The notes under the pieces: model-generated | The model's input: only the letters and a program-made list of their open reading frames with translations | Databases searched by the model: none | What the model was told of the DNA's origin: nothing | Part shown: positions 1 to 8,691 of the stretch, piece after piece | Numbering within the stretch: position 1 is the first letter of the stretch | Layout of the letters: each line of letters starts with the position of its first letter | NCBI GenBank assembly: GCA_018821925.1 | Contig: JAHJLF010000043.1 | Location: forward strand, 1,599-65,598 | DNA: 64,000 bases | DNA from: Candidatus Edwardsbacteria bacterium | GTDB lineage: Bacteria > Edwardsbacteria > AC1 > EtOH8 | Direction: 5' to 3' | Translations under genes and position numbers: made by a program

Positions 1-1
1 G

Positions 2-187
2 CAGCGCCGGGAATACCTGGGAATATTGCGAAAAATGACCGGTCAACAGCGGGTGTTGCTGGGCTGTGAGCTATATGACCTGGCCCTTCGGCTGATGCAG
101 GACGGCATCCGCCACCGGCATCCCGAGTATGACGACCGGCAGGTACAGCAGGAAACCACAAAACGTATGTTAAGATGCAACAGATAG
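2..187 (+). CDS. 3' end of a hypothetical protein whose start lies upstream of the window; overlaps the next gene by 13 nt
   Basis: Open frame running from the window edge to TAG at 185-187 (...YDDRQVQQETTKRMLRCNR*); no recognisable family. The 13-nt overlap with the next ORF suggests a two-gene module. Confidence 0.3.
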   Translation, partial: QRREYLGILRKMTGQQRVLLGCELYDLALRLMQDGIRHRHPEYDDRQVQQETTKRMLRCNR

Positions 188-738
188 AATTTTTTACTTC
201 GGTGATCCGGATGCTTAACGAAATAGGCGTCCAGTACATGCTGACCGGCTCGGTGGCTTCGAATTTCTATGGCCAGCCCCGGCTGACCCACGATGTGGAC
301 CTGGCAGTGGCAATAACATCCGGACAGATAAAAACACTGTCAGCGAAATACCCCGCGCCCCGGTATTATATCAGCCAAGAGGCCGCTGTGGACGCCATTA
401 AAACCAAGACCATGTTCAATCTGATCGATTCCGAGACGGGGCTTAAGGCCGATTTCTGGATTTTGGATGAGGATGATGCCCTGAAAAGCTCGGCTTTCCA
501 TCGCCGCCAGGCGGCCGAGGTTCTTGGGCAGAAAACGTTCATTGCCACCCCAGAGGATATCATACTTTTAAAACTCGATTGGCACCGGCAGGCCGGAGAA
601 GCCACGATCCAGTTTCAGGATGCATTGTCTGTGTTTGAGATACAACATGATGAGCTCGATCTGGATTATTTGAGATCAATGGCAAAATCCGCAGGCTTGG
701 CAGAATTATTGGCTAATTTGGAATCGCAGTCGGAGTGA
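175..738 (+). CDS. Nucleotidyltransferase-fold protein (minimal Pol-beta-like NTase)
   Basis: 187 aa ORF. N-terminal motif 'LTGSVASNFYGQPRLTHDVDLAV' matches the GS-x9-13-DxD signature of minimal nucleotidyltransferases. Confidence 0.45.
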   Translation: MQQIEFFTSVIRMLNEIGVQYMLTGSVASNFYGQPRLTHDVDLAVAITSGQIKTLSAKYPAPRYYISQEAAVDAIKTKTMFNLIDSETGLKADFWILDEDDALKSSAFHRRQAAEVLGQKTFIATPEDIILLKLDWHRQAGEATIQFQDALSVFEIQHDELDLDYLRSMAKSAGLAELLANLESQSE

Positions 739-742
739 TCTA

Positions 743-2068
743 ATGCACCTTATCATCCAACATATCGGCCAACTGCTAACCCTTTCCCCCTCTCCTCAAG
801 GGTTGACCTCACCCCGACCCTCTCCTAAGGCATTAGGAGAGGGAGGACGGGCAAGGGTGAGGGCGGCCATGTCCGAGCTCGGCATCATCGAGGACGGGCT
901 GGTGGCAATCGAAAACGACAAGATCGTGGCGGTGGGCAAAACTTCAGATCTCAAGCCCAAGCTAAAACTCCTGCCCCACACCAAGGTCATTGACGCCAAG
1001 AATCAAGTGGTCATGCCCGGTTTTGTGGACTGCCACACCCATCTGGTCTACGGTGGCTCCCGCGAGGACGAGTTCGAGATGCGGGCCTCAGGGATCACCT
1101 ATCAGGAGATCGCGGCCAAGGGCGGCGGGATACGTTCCACGGTCAAGGCCACCAGGCTGGCTTCACGCGAGGTCTTAAAGCGCGATGCCCTAAAAAAGCT
1201 GGACCGTATGCTGATGTGGGGAACCACCACGGTGGAATCCAAGAGCGGCTACGGGCTGGAGACCAAGACTGAGATCAAGCAACTACAGGTCAATCAGGAC
1301 CTGAATAAATTGCAGCCGATAGAGGTGGTGTCAACTTTTCTGGGGGCGCATGAGTTTCCTGAAGAATACAGAAGTCAGAATTTTGAATCTGGAATTGACC
1401 GGGAAGGATATGTCAAGCTGATCTGTGAGGAGATGATTCCCAAGGTGGCGGAGGCCAAGCTGGCCGAGTTCTGTGATGTGTTCTGTGACCAGGGGGTGTT
1501 CACCCCGGAGGAAGCGACAAAGATCCTGGAGACCGCCAGCAATTTCGGAATGTACCCCAAGATCCACGCCGACGAACTGGCCTCGGTGGGCGCGGCCGAG
1601 GTGGCCGGAAAGGTCAGGGCGGTCAGCGCCGAGCATCTTTTATATCCGTCACAAACAGGTTTGGACCTGATGAAACAGGCCGGCACCATCGCAGTCCTTC
1701 TGCCAGGCACCAGTTTGACCATCAAGAAGAATTACGCCCCGGCCCGGAAGATGATCGAGATGGGCATCCCGGTGGCGCTGGCAACCGACCTCAACCCCGG
1801 CTCCTGCACCATCGAGAACATGCCGTTCATCATCGGGCTGGCCTGCCTGTATCTGGGGCTGACCCCGGCGGAGGCCATCTGCGCCGCCACCTACAACGCG
1901 GCCTGCGCTCTCAAACGGGGCGACAGGATCGGTTCAATAGAGATCGGCAAGCAGGCCGATCTGCTGATCATGGATATTCCCAATTACCGGTATATTCCGT
2001 ATCATTACGCGGTGAATTACGTTAAGACGGTGGTCAAGCGGGGGAAGATAGTGGTGGGGACCAGCTAA
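743..2068 (+). CDS. hutI: Imidazolonepropionase (histidine utilisation)
   Basis: 441 aa. N-terminus 'LIIQHIGQLLTL' resembles the HutI start. Conserved metal-binding 'PGFVDCHTHLVYGGSRE' and 'GGGIRSTVKATR' blocks typical of HutI amidohydrolases. Confidence 0.85.
   Translation: MHLIIQHIGQLLTLSPSPQGLTSPRPSPKALGEGGRARVRAAMSELGIIEDGLVAIENDKIVAVGKTSDLKPKLKLLPHTKVIDAKNQVVMPGFVDCHTHLVYGGSREDEFEMRASGITYQEIAAKGGGIRSTVKATRLASREVLKRDALKKLDRMLMWGTTTVESKSGYGLETKTEIKQLQVNQDLNKLQPIEVVSTFLGAHEFPEEYRSQNFESGIDREGYVKLICEEMIPKVAEAKLAEFCDVFCDQGVFTPEEATKILETASNFGMYPKIHADELASVGAAEVAGKVRAVSAEHLLYPSQTGLDLMKQAGTIAVLLPGTSLTIKKNYAPARKMIEMGIPVALATDLNPGSCTIENMPFIIGLACLYLGLTPAEAICAATYNAACALKRGDRIGSIEIGKQADLLIMDIPNYRYIPYHYAVNYVKTVVKRGKIVVGTS
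790..865. repeat. Nested palindromic element embedded in-frame in the hutI 5' region
   Basis: Perfect 11-bp inverted repeat CCCTCTCCTAA (818-828) / TTAGGAGAGGG (833-843) with a 4-nt loop. Nested inside an outer 8-bp IR CCTCACCC (807-814) / GGGTGAGG (855-862). Partial tandem copy CCCTCTCCTCAAGGG at 788-802. Confidence 0.6.
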
Positions 2069-2238
2069 ACCGCTAAGACGCAAAGGACGCAAAGAAAATC
2101 CCAACTCTTTACCTTGGTGTCTTTTCGGTTCAGTGTGATATATAGACATACATGGCGCCCTTGTAAAAAAACCTTAGCGAGCTTGGCGTCTTCGCGGTAA
2201 AGAAAATTAAATTATCACATATATTTGGAGCAAGTAAT

Positions 2239-3912
2239 ATGACTAAGTTAGTCGAATGCGTACCGAATTTTTCCGAGGGCCGCGACCGTAAGATAATCGA
2301 TGCCATTTCCGATGCCGTCCGCTCGGTATCCGACGTCAAATTATTGGACGTGGATCCCGGGGCCGATACCAACCGCACCGTCTACACTTTCGTGGGAACG
2401 CCGGAAGGCGTCAAGGAAGCCGCTTTCCAGGCCGCCAAGAAGGCCCACGAGCTGATAGACATGTCCCAACACAGCGGAGCCCACCCCCGGATGGGGGCCA
2501 TGGATGTTTGCCCCTTCGTGCCGGTATCGGGCGTCACCATGGACGAGTGTGCCCAGATAGCCAAAGACTTAGGCAAACGGCTGGGGGAGGAGCTGGAGAT
2601 CCCGGTCTACCTATACGAATTCGCCGCTGCCTCTCCGGAGCGCCAGAGCCTGGCCGATATTCGAACCGGCGAATACGAGGCGCTTGAAGAAAAATTAAAA
2701 GACCCCAAGTGGAAGCCGGATTTCGGCCCGGCCAAGTTCAAACATAAATGGGGGGCCAGCGTGGTGGGCGCCCGGGAATTTTTGATCGCCTACAACGTCA
2801 ACCTCAACACCCGGGACAAAAAGCTGGCCAACGAGATAGCCCTGAACATCCGCGAGGGCGGGCGGGCCAAGAAGGATGCCTCGGGCAAGATCGTCAAGGA
2901 TGCCCAGGGAAAAACGGTAAAAGTCCCCGGCCGCCTGAAGGCGGTGCGGGCCATCGGCTGGTATATCGAGCAATACCGCCAGGCCCAGGTGTCCATCAAC
3001 CTGATCAATTACAACACCACCCCGCTGCATGTGGTGTTCGAGACCGCCCGGGAGGAGGCGGAAAAGCTGGGCCTGATCGTCACCGGCTCGGAACTGGTGG
3101 GCCTGGTTCCCCTGAAACCGATGCTGGATGCCGGAAAATTCTACCTGAAAAAACAGGGCAAATCGGCCGGGCTGCCGGAGAAGGAGTTGGTGGAGATCGC
3201 CATCCGTTCGCTGGGGCTCGATCAACTTTCCGAATTCGATCCGGCCAAGAAGATCATTGAGTACAACTTCATCCAGCCTGCCCCGCTGATGTCCATGACC
3301 GCCAGGGATTTTGTGGACGAAGTCTCCTCAGAATCCCCGGCCCCGGGCGGAGGCTCGGTGGCGGCTCTGGCCGGCAGCTTGTGCGCGGCATTATCAGCCA
3401 TGGTAGCCAATCTTACCGTGGGCAAGCAGGGCTACGATAAGGTCTGGGAGGAAATGTCCGTTCTGGCAGAGAGAGGGCAGGAAATCAAGGACAAGCTGTC
3501 CAAGGCGGTGGACGAGGATACCAACGCCTTCAACCACCTGATGGAGGCCATGCGCCTGCCCAAGGGGACTCCGGAACAGAAAACAGCCCGCGAAACGGCC
3601 ATGGAACAAGGATACAAAAAAGCCGCCGCAGTCCCGCTGGAGACCGCCAAGACCTGCCTGAAGGCAATGGAGCTTTCACTGGGCGCGGCCGAAAAAGGCA
3701 ATGCCAATTCGGCCTCAGATGCCGGAGTGGCCGCCCTGATGGCCCGGGCCGGGGTGGAGGGGGCGGTGCTGAACGTGCTGATAAACCTGGGGTCGATAAA
3801 AGACCAGGCTTTCAGGGACAGTCATGTAAAAGAATGCCAGGACCTGAAGAAGGAATCGGCCGACCTGTGCGATGCTGTCCAGCAGGCGGTGATGAAAAAT
3901 ATAAAAATGTAA
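2239..3912 (+). CDS. ftcD: Bifunctional glutamate formimidoyltransferase / formiminotetrahydrofolate cyclodeaminase
   Basis: 557 aa. N-terminus 'MTKLVECVPNFSEGRD' is the formimidoyltransferase signature. C-terminal ~200 aa ('PAPGGGSVAALAGSLCAALSAMVANLT') matches the cyclodeaminase domain. Follows hutI. Confidence 0.85.
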   Translation: MTKLVECVPNFSEGRDRKIIDAISDAVRSVSDVKLLDVDPGADTNRTVYTFVGTPEGVKEAAFQAAKKAHELIDMSQHSGAHPRMGAMDVCPFVPVSGVTMDECAQIAKDLGKRLGEELEIPVYLYEFAAASPERQSLADIRTGEYEALEEKLKDPKWKPDFGPAKFKHKWGASVVGAREFLIAYNVNLNTRDKKLANEIALNIREGGRAKKDASGKIVKDAQGKTVKVPGRLKAVRAIGWYIEQYRQAQVSINLINYNTTPLHVVFETAREEAEKLGLIVTGSELVGLVPLKPMLDAGKFYLKKQGKSAGLPEKELVEIAIRSLGLDQLSEFDPAKKIIEYNFIQPAPLMSMTARDFVDEVSSESPAPGGGSVAALAGSLCAALSAMVANLTVGKQGYDKVWEEMSVLAERGQEIKDKLSKAVDEDTNAFNHLMEAMRLPKGTPEQKTARETAMEQGYKKAAAVPLETAKTCLKAMELSLGAAEKGNANSASDAGVAALMARAGVEGAVLNVLINLGSIKDQAFRDSHVKECQDLKKESADLCDAVQQAVMKNIKM

Positions 3913-3978
3913 TTGTAATTTTAGTCCCAGTCCTATATAATCCTATATTATAGGCAATGACTTTGGAAAATATTAATT

Positions 3979-5544
3979 ATGGCTGAAATAAACCGATTGA
4001 AAGAGCAGGCCCGGGCTTTTTACCAGAAGGCCGAGTGGGAGAAGGCCAAGAGGGCGGCGGAGCAGATTGTCTCCATCGAGCCGGAGGATTCCGAGTTCAA
4101 CCTGACCCTGGCCAATATCTATCTGGAATTGGGCGAGGGGCGCAAGGGCCTGGACATGTACGAGAAGGCCTTGAGGCTTTCGGAGAAGTCCGGGGACTTC
4201 AGCCGGGTGATCGCCGCCTCCAAGAAGATTTTGTCTATTGACAAGGATAGGATAGAGTTATATAATAAGATAGCTGAAGGATATCTTAACCTGGGGCTGA
4301 AGAGCGGGGCCGTCCGGGAGTGGGTCCGTTATGCCAACCAGATGAAGATCCGTTCGGATTTTACTGCTATGGCGGCGGTATACCAGCGGATAACAGACAT
4401 TATTCCGGAGAATCCTCCCTTAAAAGCCGGTTACCAGAAGATCAGGCAGCTGGCGGACCAGGCCGTTTCCGACAATTCGGAGAATGCCCCGGAGCCGGCG
4501 GATATTGTCCCCTACCGCCGTTTGGTGGACGTGGCTCTGAAGATGGGTCAGGCCAGGAAGATCATCGAAACCCAGCAGAGCTATGCCCGGGTGCTGCAGA
4601 GAAGGGGCTTTGTCCGGAAGGCCAGGGCGGTCTATCAGAAGATACTGGAACGCGATCCCGGCAATGAAGAAGCCCTGGCCAAGGTGCTTTCATCGTCCGA
4701 GGACAGCGCCCTGGATGATAAAAAACTTCAATCCGAGCTGCTGGAAGCCTGCAAAAACTACCAGGAACTGATCTGGAACAAGATAGACGAAGCCTATGAG
4801 CCTTATTACGACCTGGGCATTCTTTTCCGGCAGGAGGGCTTAAAGGACGAGGCCATAGTTGAATTTCAGAACTCCATCAAAGGCGGGAACCGGCAGTTAA
4901 AGGGATTTGAGATGCTGGCGGTATCATTCCTGGAGCAGGGTGATTACGGTCTGGCTAAAGAAGTGCTCAGCCAGGGCCTCTCCATCCGGAAATTTTTGGA
5001 TAATGAATATGTGGGCCTGCACTACAACCTGGGGGTGGCCCATGAGCAACTGGGGGATTCCCAGAAGGCTTTATACGAGTACGAGCAGGTCTACGTCATT
5101 GATATTACCTATAAGGACGTCGCCAAGCGCCTGAGGGATCTGGAGAACAAATTCAAGGATCCGCAGCAGACCAGGATCACCCTTCCGGAACAGGAGGCGG
5201 CTGCCGGCCCGGGTTCCGGCATTGAGCCGGGATCATTAGAACCGGCGTCTGAAGAAGCGCCGAGGCAGATAGTTGCCGTTGATGAGATAATCGAAAGGAT
5301 CCCTGCGGAAGCGCTTCCCGCCGGCGATGAGGAATTTTATCCAAAGGCCGCGGTGATCACTCTCTCTGAGAATACCAGTGACGATAGATATGCTCCGCTG
5401 GATGAGAATGATGATGTTTCATATCAGCAGGCAAATTTGCCGATTGAGGAGACGGCTTCCGAAACAGAAACGGAAACCGAACCGCCCCCGGAGACAGCGC
5501 CGATAGTCCTCAGCCAGAAAGATAAAGGGCTTTCTTTCCTATAA
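3979..5544 (+). CDS. TPR-repeat protein with acidic C-terminal tail
   Basis: 521 aa, multiple TPR-like helices. C-terminal module is paralogous to the C-terminal TPR module of the 6479-8680 protein. Confidence 0.65.
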   Translation: MAEINRLKEQARAFYQKAEWEKAKRAAEQIVSIEPEDSEFNLTLANIYLELGEGRKGLDMYEKALRLSEKSGDFSRVIAASKKILSIDKDRIELYNKIAEGYLNLGLKSGAVREWVRYANQMKIRSDFTAMAAVYQRITDIIPENPPLKAGYQKIRQLADQAVSDNSENAPEPADIVPYRRLVDVALKMGQARKIIETQQSYARVLQRRGFVRKARAVYQKILERDPGNEEALAKVLSSSEDSALDDKKLQSELLEACKNYQELIWNKIDEAYEPYYDLGILFRQEGLKDEAIVEFQNSIKGGNRQLKGFEMLAVSFLEQGDYGLAKEVLSQGLSIRKFLDNEYVGLHYNLGVAHEQLGDSQKALYEYEQVYVIDITYKDVAKRLRDLENKFKDPQQTRITLPEQEAAAGPGSGIEPGSLEPASEEAPRQIVAVDEIIERIPAEALPAGDEEFYPKAAVITLSENTSDDRYAPLDENDDVSYQQANLPIEETASETETETEPPPETAPIVLSQKDKGLSFL

Positions 5545-5562
5545 TATTTTTTAGGAGAATCA

Positions 5563-6438
5563 ATGGACTACGAAAGATTTTTCAAGCTTAATGACGATCC
5601 TTTTTCCAATATCCCCGACAGCCGATTCTACTACGACAGCCCCCAGCACAGCCGGGCCATAATACATCTGGCCCACGTGGCCGAGAGGATGAGGGGTCTG
5701 GGGGTGCTGACCGGAGAGGTGGGCACCGGAAAGACCATGCTGGCCCGGCGCCTGTTGGAGATCCTCCGCGAGGACGGGAGGTTTGAGACGGCGCTGCTGG
5801 TGCTGACCCACGGCGATTTCAGTCCATTATGGTTTCTCCGGAGGGTAAGCGCACTTTTAGACGTCAAGGAGGCCCCCGAAGATAAGACCCAGGTGTCATC
5901 GGCCCTGGCCCGTCGTTTGATGGAGATCCATGCCGAGGGCCGCAAGGCGGTGATCCTGATCGACGAGGCCAATCTCCTGCGGGGGCAAGCCATGCTGGAG
6001 GAGATCCGCGGCCTTTTGAACCTGGAGCTGTCCGATGCCCGGCTGATAACCTTCATCCTGTTCGGCATGACCGAGGTCAACCAGAACCTGCTGGTGGATG
6101 TTTCGCTCAATCAAAGGGTGTCGGTGAAATATCACCTGGGTCCGCTGGATGATGCTGCGGCCAGGGAGTACGTCCAGCACCGGCTGGTGGTGGCCGGCCG
6201 CGAGGAGGAGCTTTTCACCGATACCGCCTATGAACTGATCGCCCGGTATGCCCAGGGCCGCCCCCGCCTGATAAACGCCATCTGCGACAACGCCCTGATG
6301 GAGGGCTGCCTCCAGGAGAAGGACCTGCTGGACGCCTCGGTAATTCAGATCGTGGCCAACAATCTGGGACTGGACGACGGCGCGGAGCAGACGGCCGGAG
6401 TGGCGGCCGGGGCCGAGGCCAACGAATACGGATTCTGA
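5563..6438 (+). CDS. ExeA/GspA/MshM-like AAA ATPase
   Basis: 291 aa. 'DPFSNIPDSRFYYDSPQHSRAI...LTGEVGTGKTMLARRL' matches the ExeA-family N-terminus and Walker A. Walker B 'VILIDEAN' present. Confidence 0.7.
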   Translation: MDYERFFKLNDDPFSNIPDSRFYYDSPQHSRAIIHLAHVAERMRGLGVLTGEVGTGKTMLARRLLEILREDGRFETALLVLTHGDFSPLWFLRRVSALLDVKEAPEDKTQVSSALARRLMEIHAEGRKAVILIDEANLLRGQAMLEEIRGLLNLELSDARLITFILFGMTEVNQNLLVDVSLNQRVSVKYHLGPLDDAAAREYVQHRLVVAGREEELFTDTAYELIARYAQGRPRLINAICDNALMEGCLQEKDLLDASVIQIVANNLGLDDGAEQTAGVAAGAEANEYGF

Positions 6439-6478
6439 TCTAGAAGCGGATTAAATTCACAAAACGATAAATGGTGCG

Positions 6479-8680
6479 ATGGCAAAAGTTGATCAAATAA
6501 GGGCCAAGGCGGCCGAATATTTCCAAAAGGGCGATTTCGCCAAAGCGGTGAACGAGTATAAAAAAGTGCTGGATCTGGAGCCCGGAAATGCCAGTACCTA
6601 CAATTTCATCGGCGACGCCTATGTGAAGCTGTCCAATGTCGGAGAGGCGGTCTCCAGTTATCTGGAGGCGGTCAGGGGCTACAGCAACGACGCCCTTTAT
6701 AACAATGCCATTGCGGTCTGCAAAAAGATCCTCAGGGTCAACAAGGAGGACCCCGAGGTTTACAAGACCCTGGGAGAGCTGTATATCCAGCAGGGGCTGG
6801 TCAACGAGGCCATCACCAATCTTCTGGAATACGCCGAGCGGAAGATCAAGCAGGGCAAATCCGACGAGGCTTTTCCGATCTATCACCAGATCGTAGAACT
6901 CAATCCCCAGAACCTGGCGGTACGCTCCAAATTGGCCGAGATGTATCTGACCCAGAAGAAGATCCCCGAAGCCATAGAGGAATTCTCCCAGCTGGCCAAG
7001 GCCTACCGGAACCAGGGCCGGACGATCGAGGCCGAGTCCTTGGAGGCCAAGGTCAGGGGGATGAAAGGGGAGGCCGCCCCGGCCCAGGCAGCGCCGGAGG
7101 CCGAGGTCAGGCCCGATTCCATCATCGAGGAACTGTCCCAGCAGCGATCCGAAGCGTCGGCCGAATCCGCTCCGGAACTGGTGATCGATAAAGAACCGGA
7201 GCCGCCCAAGGAGGAAGATGCGGCCAAACAGGACTGGGCCACCAACATCGAGCTGGGCGACCTGCTGGTCGAGATCGGCTCCACCCAGGAGGCCCTGGAC
7301 CAGTACCACACCGCGGCCAACGGCTACATGAACGACGACAACGTGGAAAAATCGGTGGAGGTATACAAGAAGATAGCCAACCTGCAGCCCCTGGAGCTGC
7401 GCAGCCGCCAGAAGCTGGTGGAGATCGCCCTGCAGAACAACCAGTCGGAGGCCCTGATAGAAGCCTATCTGGGGCTGGCCGAGTGCCTGCACCGCAGGGA
7501 ACTGAGGGAACAGGCGGCGGCGGTTTACCAAAAGGTTCTGGAGATAGATCCGGTTAACGAGAATGCCCTGGAGAGCCTGTCCCTATTGCTTCCGGAGATG
7601 CCCGAGGGGGCTTTCGAAATGCCGGGCATGGAGATCCATCAGGAGTCGGCGCCTTCTCAGGCGGCGGTTCCCGATATTTCATTCAGCCAGCCGGCAGCCT
7701 CCCAATTCGAAGGGCAACCCCAAGCACCGGAGCCTGCTGCCTGGCAGCCGGAACCGGTCCAGGCTGAGGCCCCGCCGGCCTTGGACGCATCACAGCCCGA
7801 GCCGGAAGATACCCAGTCGGAGGAGCCCCAGTTCCATGGTCAGCCGGCCGAGCCACCGGCCAGCGATGACGTTCATTGGGGACGGGAGATAGTGGAGGGA
7901 GGCCGCCAGTCAAGGGTCAAGTTCAGTGTGGCCGATGAGGAGCCGGCCGCAGCCCCGGGCGCCCAGGAAGAATTTCTTTCGCTGCAGGACATCCTGGCCG
8001 AGTTCAAGGAAGGGGTCTATCAAAGTATAAACCAGGAGGATTTCCAGGGCCATTACGATTTGGGCATAGCCTATAAAGAAATGGGCTTGGCCGAGGAGGC
8101 CATTGCCGAGTTCCAGGTAGCTTCCAAGGGCGAGAAGGAGCGCCTGAAGTCCTTCGAGATGCTGGGCATCTGTTTTCTGGATCGGGGGGAGCCCAAGTTC
8201 GCCATCAAACAACTGGAGCGGGGGCTCTCCACCCCGGGCTACAGCGATGAGGACTACATCGGCCTGCGGTATAACCTGGCCCAGGCCTATGAGCTGACCG
8301 GGGAGATCCCCAGCGCCATCAAGACCCTGGAGGATATCTACACCACCGATGTCAATTTCAGGGATGTGGGACAGAGGCTGCAATCCCTGAGGGCTTCCAT
8401 GGCGCCCGCCGCTCCTCCGGCCGCAACACCCAGGCCGACGCCTCAGGCGCCTCAGCCGGCCCCGGCCGTTGCTCCGGCTCCCCAGGCCAGGCCGATACCC
8501 CAGGCTCCGCAGATCCAACGTCCGGCTGGGCCTCCACCCAGGCCCGGTATGCAGCCTGCCGCCCCGGCTCCCCAATTTCAACCGGCGCCGGAGCAGCCAG
8601 AAGCTGAATCCGCACCCAAGCCCAAGCCCATCCCATCCAAGCTGAAGAAACCGGAAAAGCAGAGGATATCCTACGTTTAA
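6479..8680 (+). CDS. TPR-repeat protein with Pro/Ala-rich low-complexity C-terminus
   Basis: 733 aa. N-terminal and central TPRs. Residues ~500-620 are paralogous to the C-terminal module of the 3979-5544 protein. C-terminal ~90 aa are P/A/Q-rich. Confidence 0.65.
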   Translation: MAKVDQIRAKAAEYFQKGDFAKAVNEYKKVLDLEPGNASTYNFIGDAYVKLSNVGEAVSSYLEAVRGYSNDALYNNAIAVCKKILRVNKEDPEVYKTLGELYIQQGLVNEAITNLLEYAERKIKQGKSDEAFPIYHQIVELNPQNLAVRSKLAEMYLTQKKIPEAIEEFSQLAKAYRNQGRTIEAESLEAKVRGMKGEAAPAQAAPEAEVRPDSIIEELSQQRSEASAESAPELVIDKEPEPPKEEDAAKQDWATNIELGDLLVEIGSTQEALDQYHTAANGYMNDDNVEKSVEVYKKIANLQPLELRSRQKLVEIALQNNQSEALIEAYLGLAECLHRRELREQAAAVYQKVLEIDPVNENALESLSLLLPEMPEGAFEMPGMEIHQESAPSQAAVPDISFSQPAASQFEGQPQAPEPAAWQPEPVQAEAPPALDASQPEPEDTQSEEPQFHGQPAEPPASDDVHWGREIVEGGRQSRVKFSVADEEPAAAPGAQEEFLSLQDILAEFKEGVYQSINQEDFQGHYDLGIAYKEMGLAEEAIAEFQVASKGEKERLKSFEMLGICFLDRGEPKFAIKQLERGLSTPGYSDEDYIGLRYNLAQAYELTGEIPSAIKTLEDIYTTDVNFRDVGQRLQSLRASMAPAAPPAATPRPTPQAPQPAPAVAPAPQARPIPQAPQIQRPAGPPPRPGMQPAAPAPQFQPAPEQPEAESAPKPKPIPSKLKKPEKQRISYV

Positions 8681-8691
8681 TATGGTTTGAA

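Noticed and set aside
3925-3960. Near-palindrome CCTATATAATCCTATATTATAGG upstream of the TPR/ExeA cluster.
   Set aside because: Imperfect symmetry, and it mostly reflects an AT-rich -10-like TATAAT region. Insufficient to call an operator.
6440-7531. 363-aa ORF on the minus strand antisense to the 733-aa TPR gene. Similar long antisense ORFs at 36227-37273, 38627-39688, 55873-57567, 44571-45125 and 2695-3225.
   Set aside because: Typical stop-codon-poor antisense frames in ~60% GC DNA. Translations are low-complexity (G/L/Q/R/P-rich) with no motifs. The sense-strand genes have clear family signatures.
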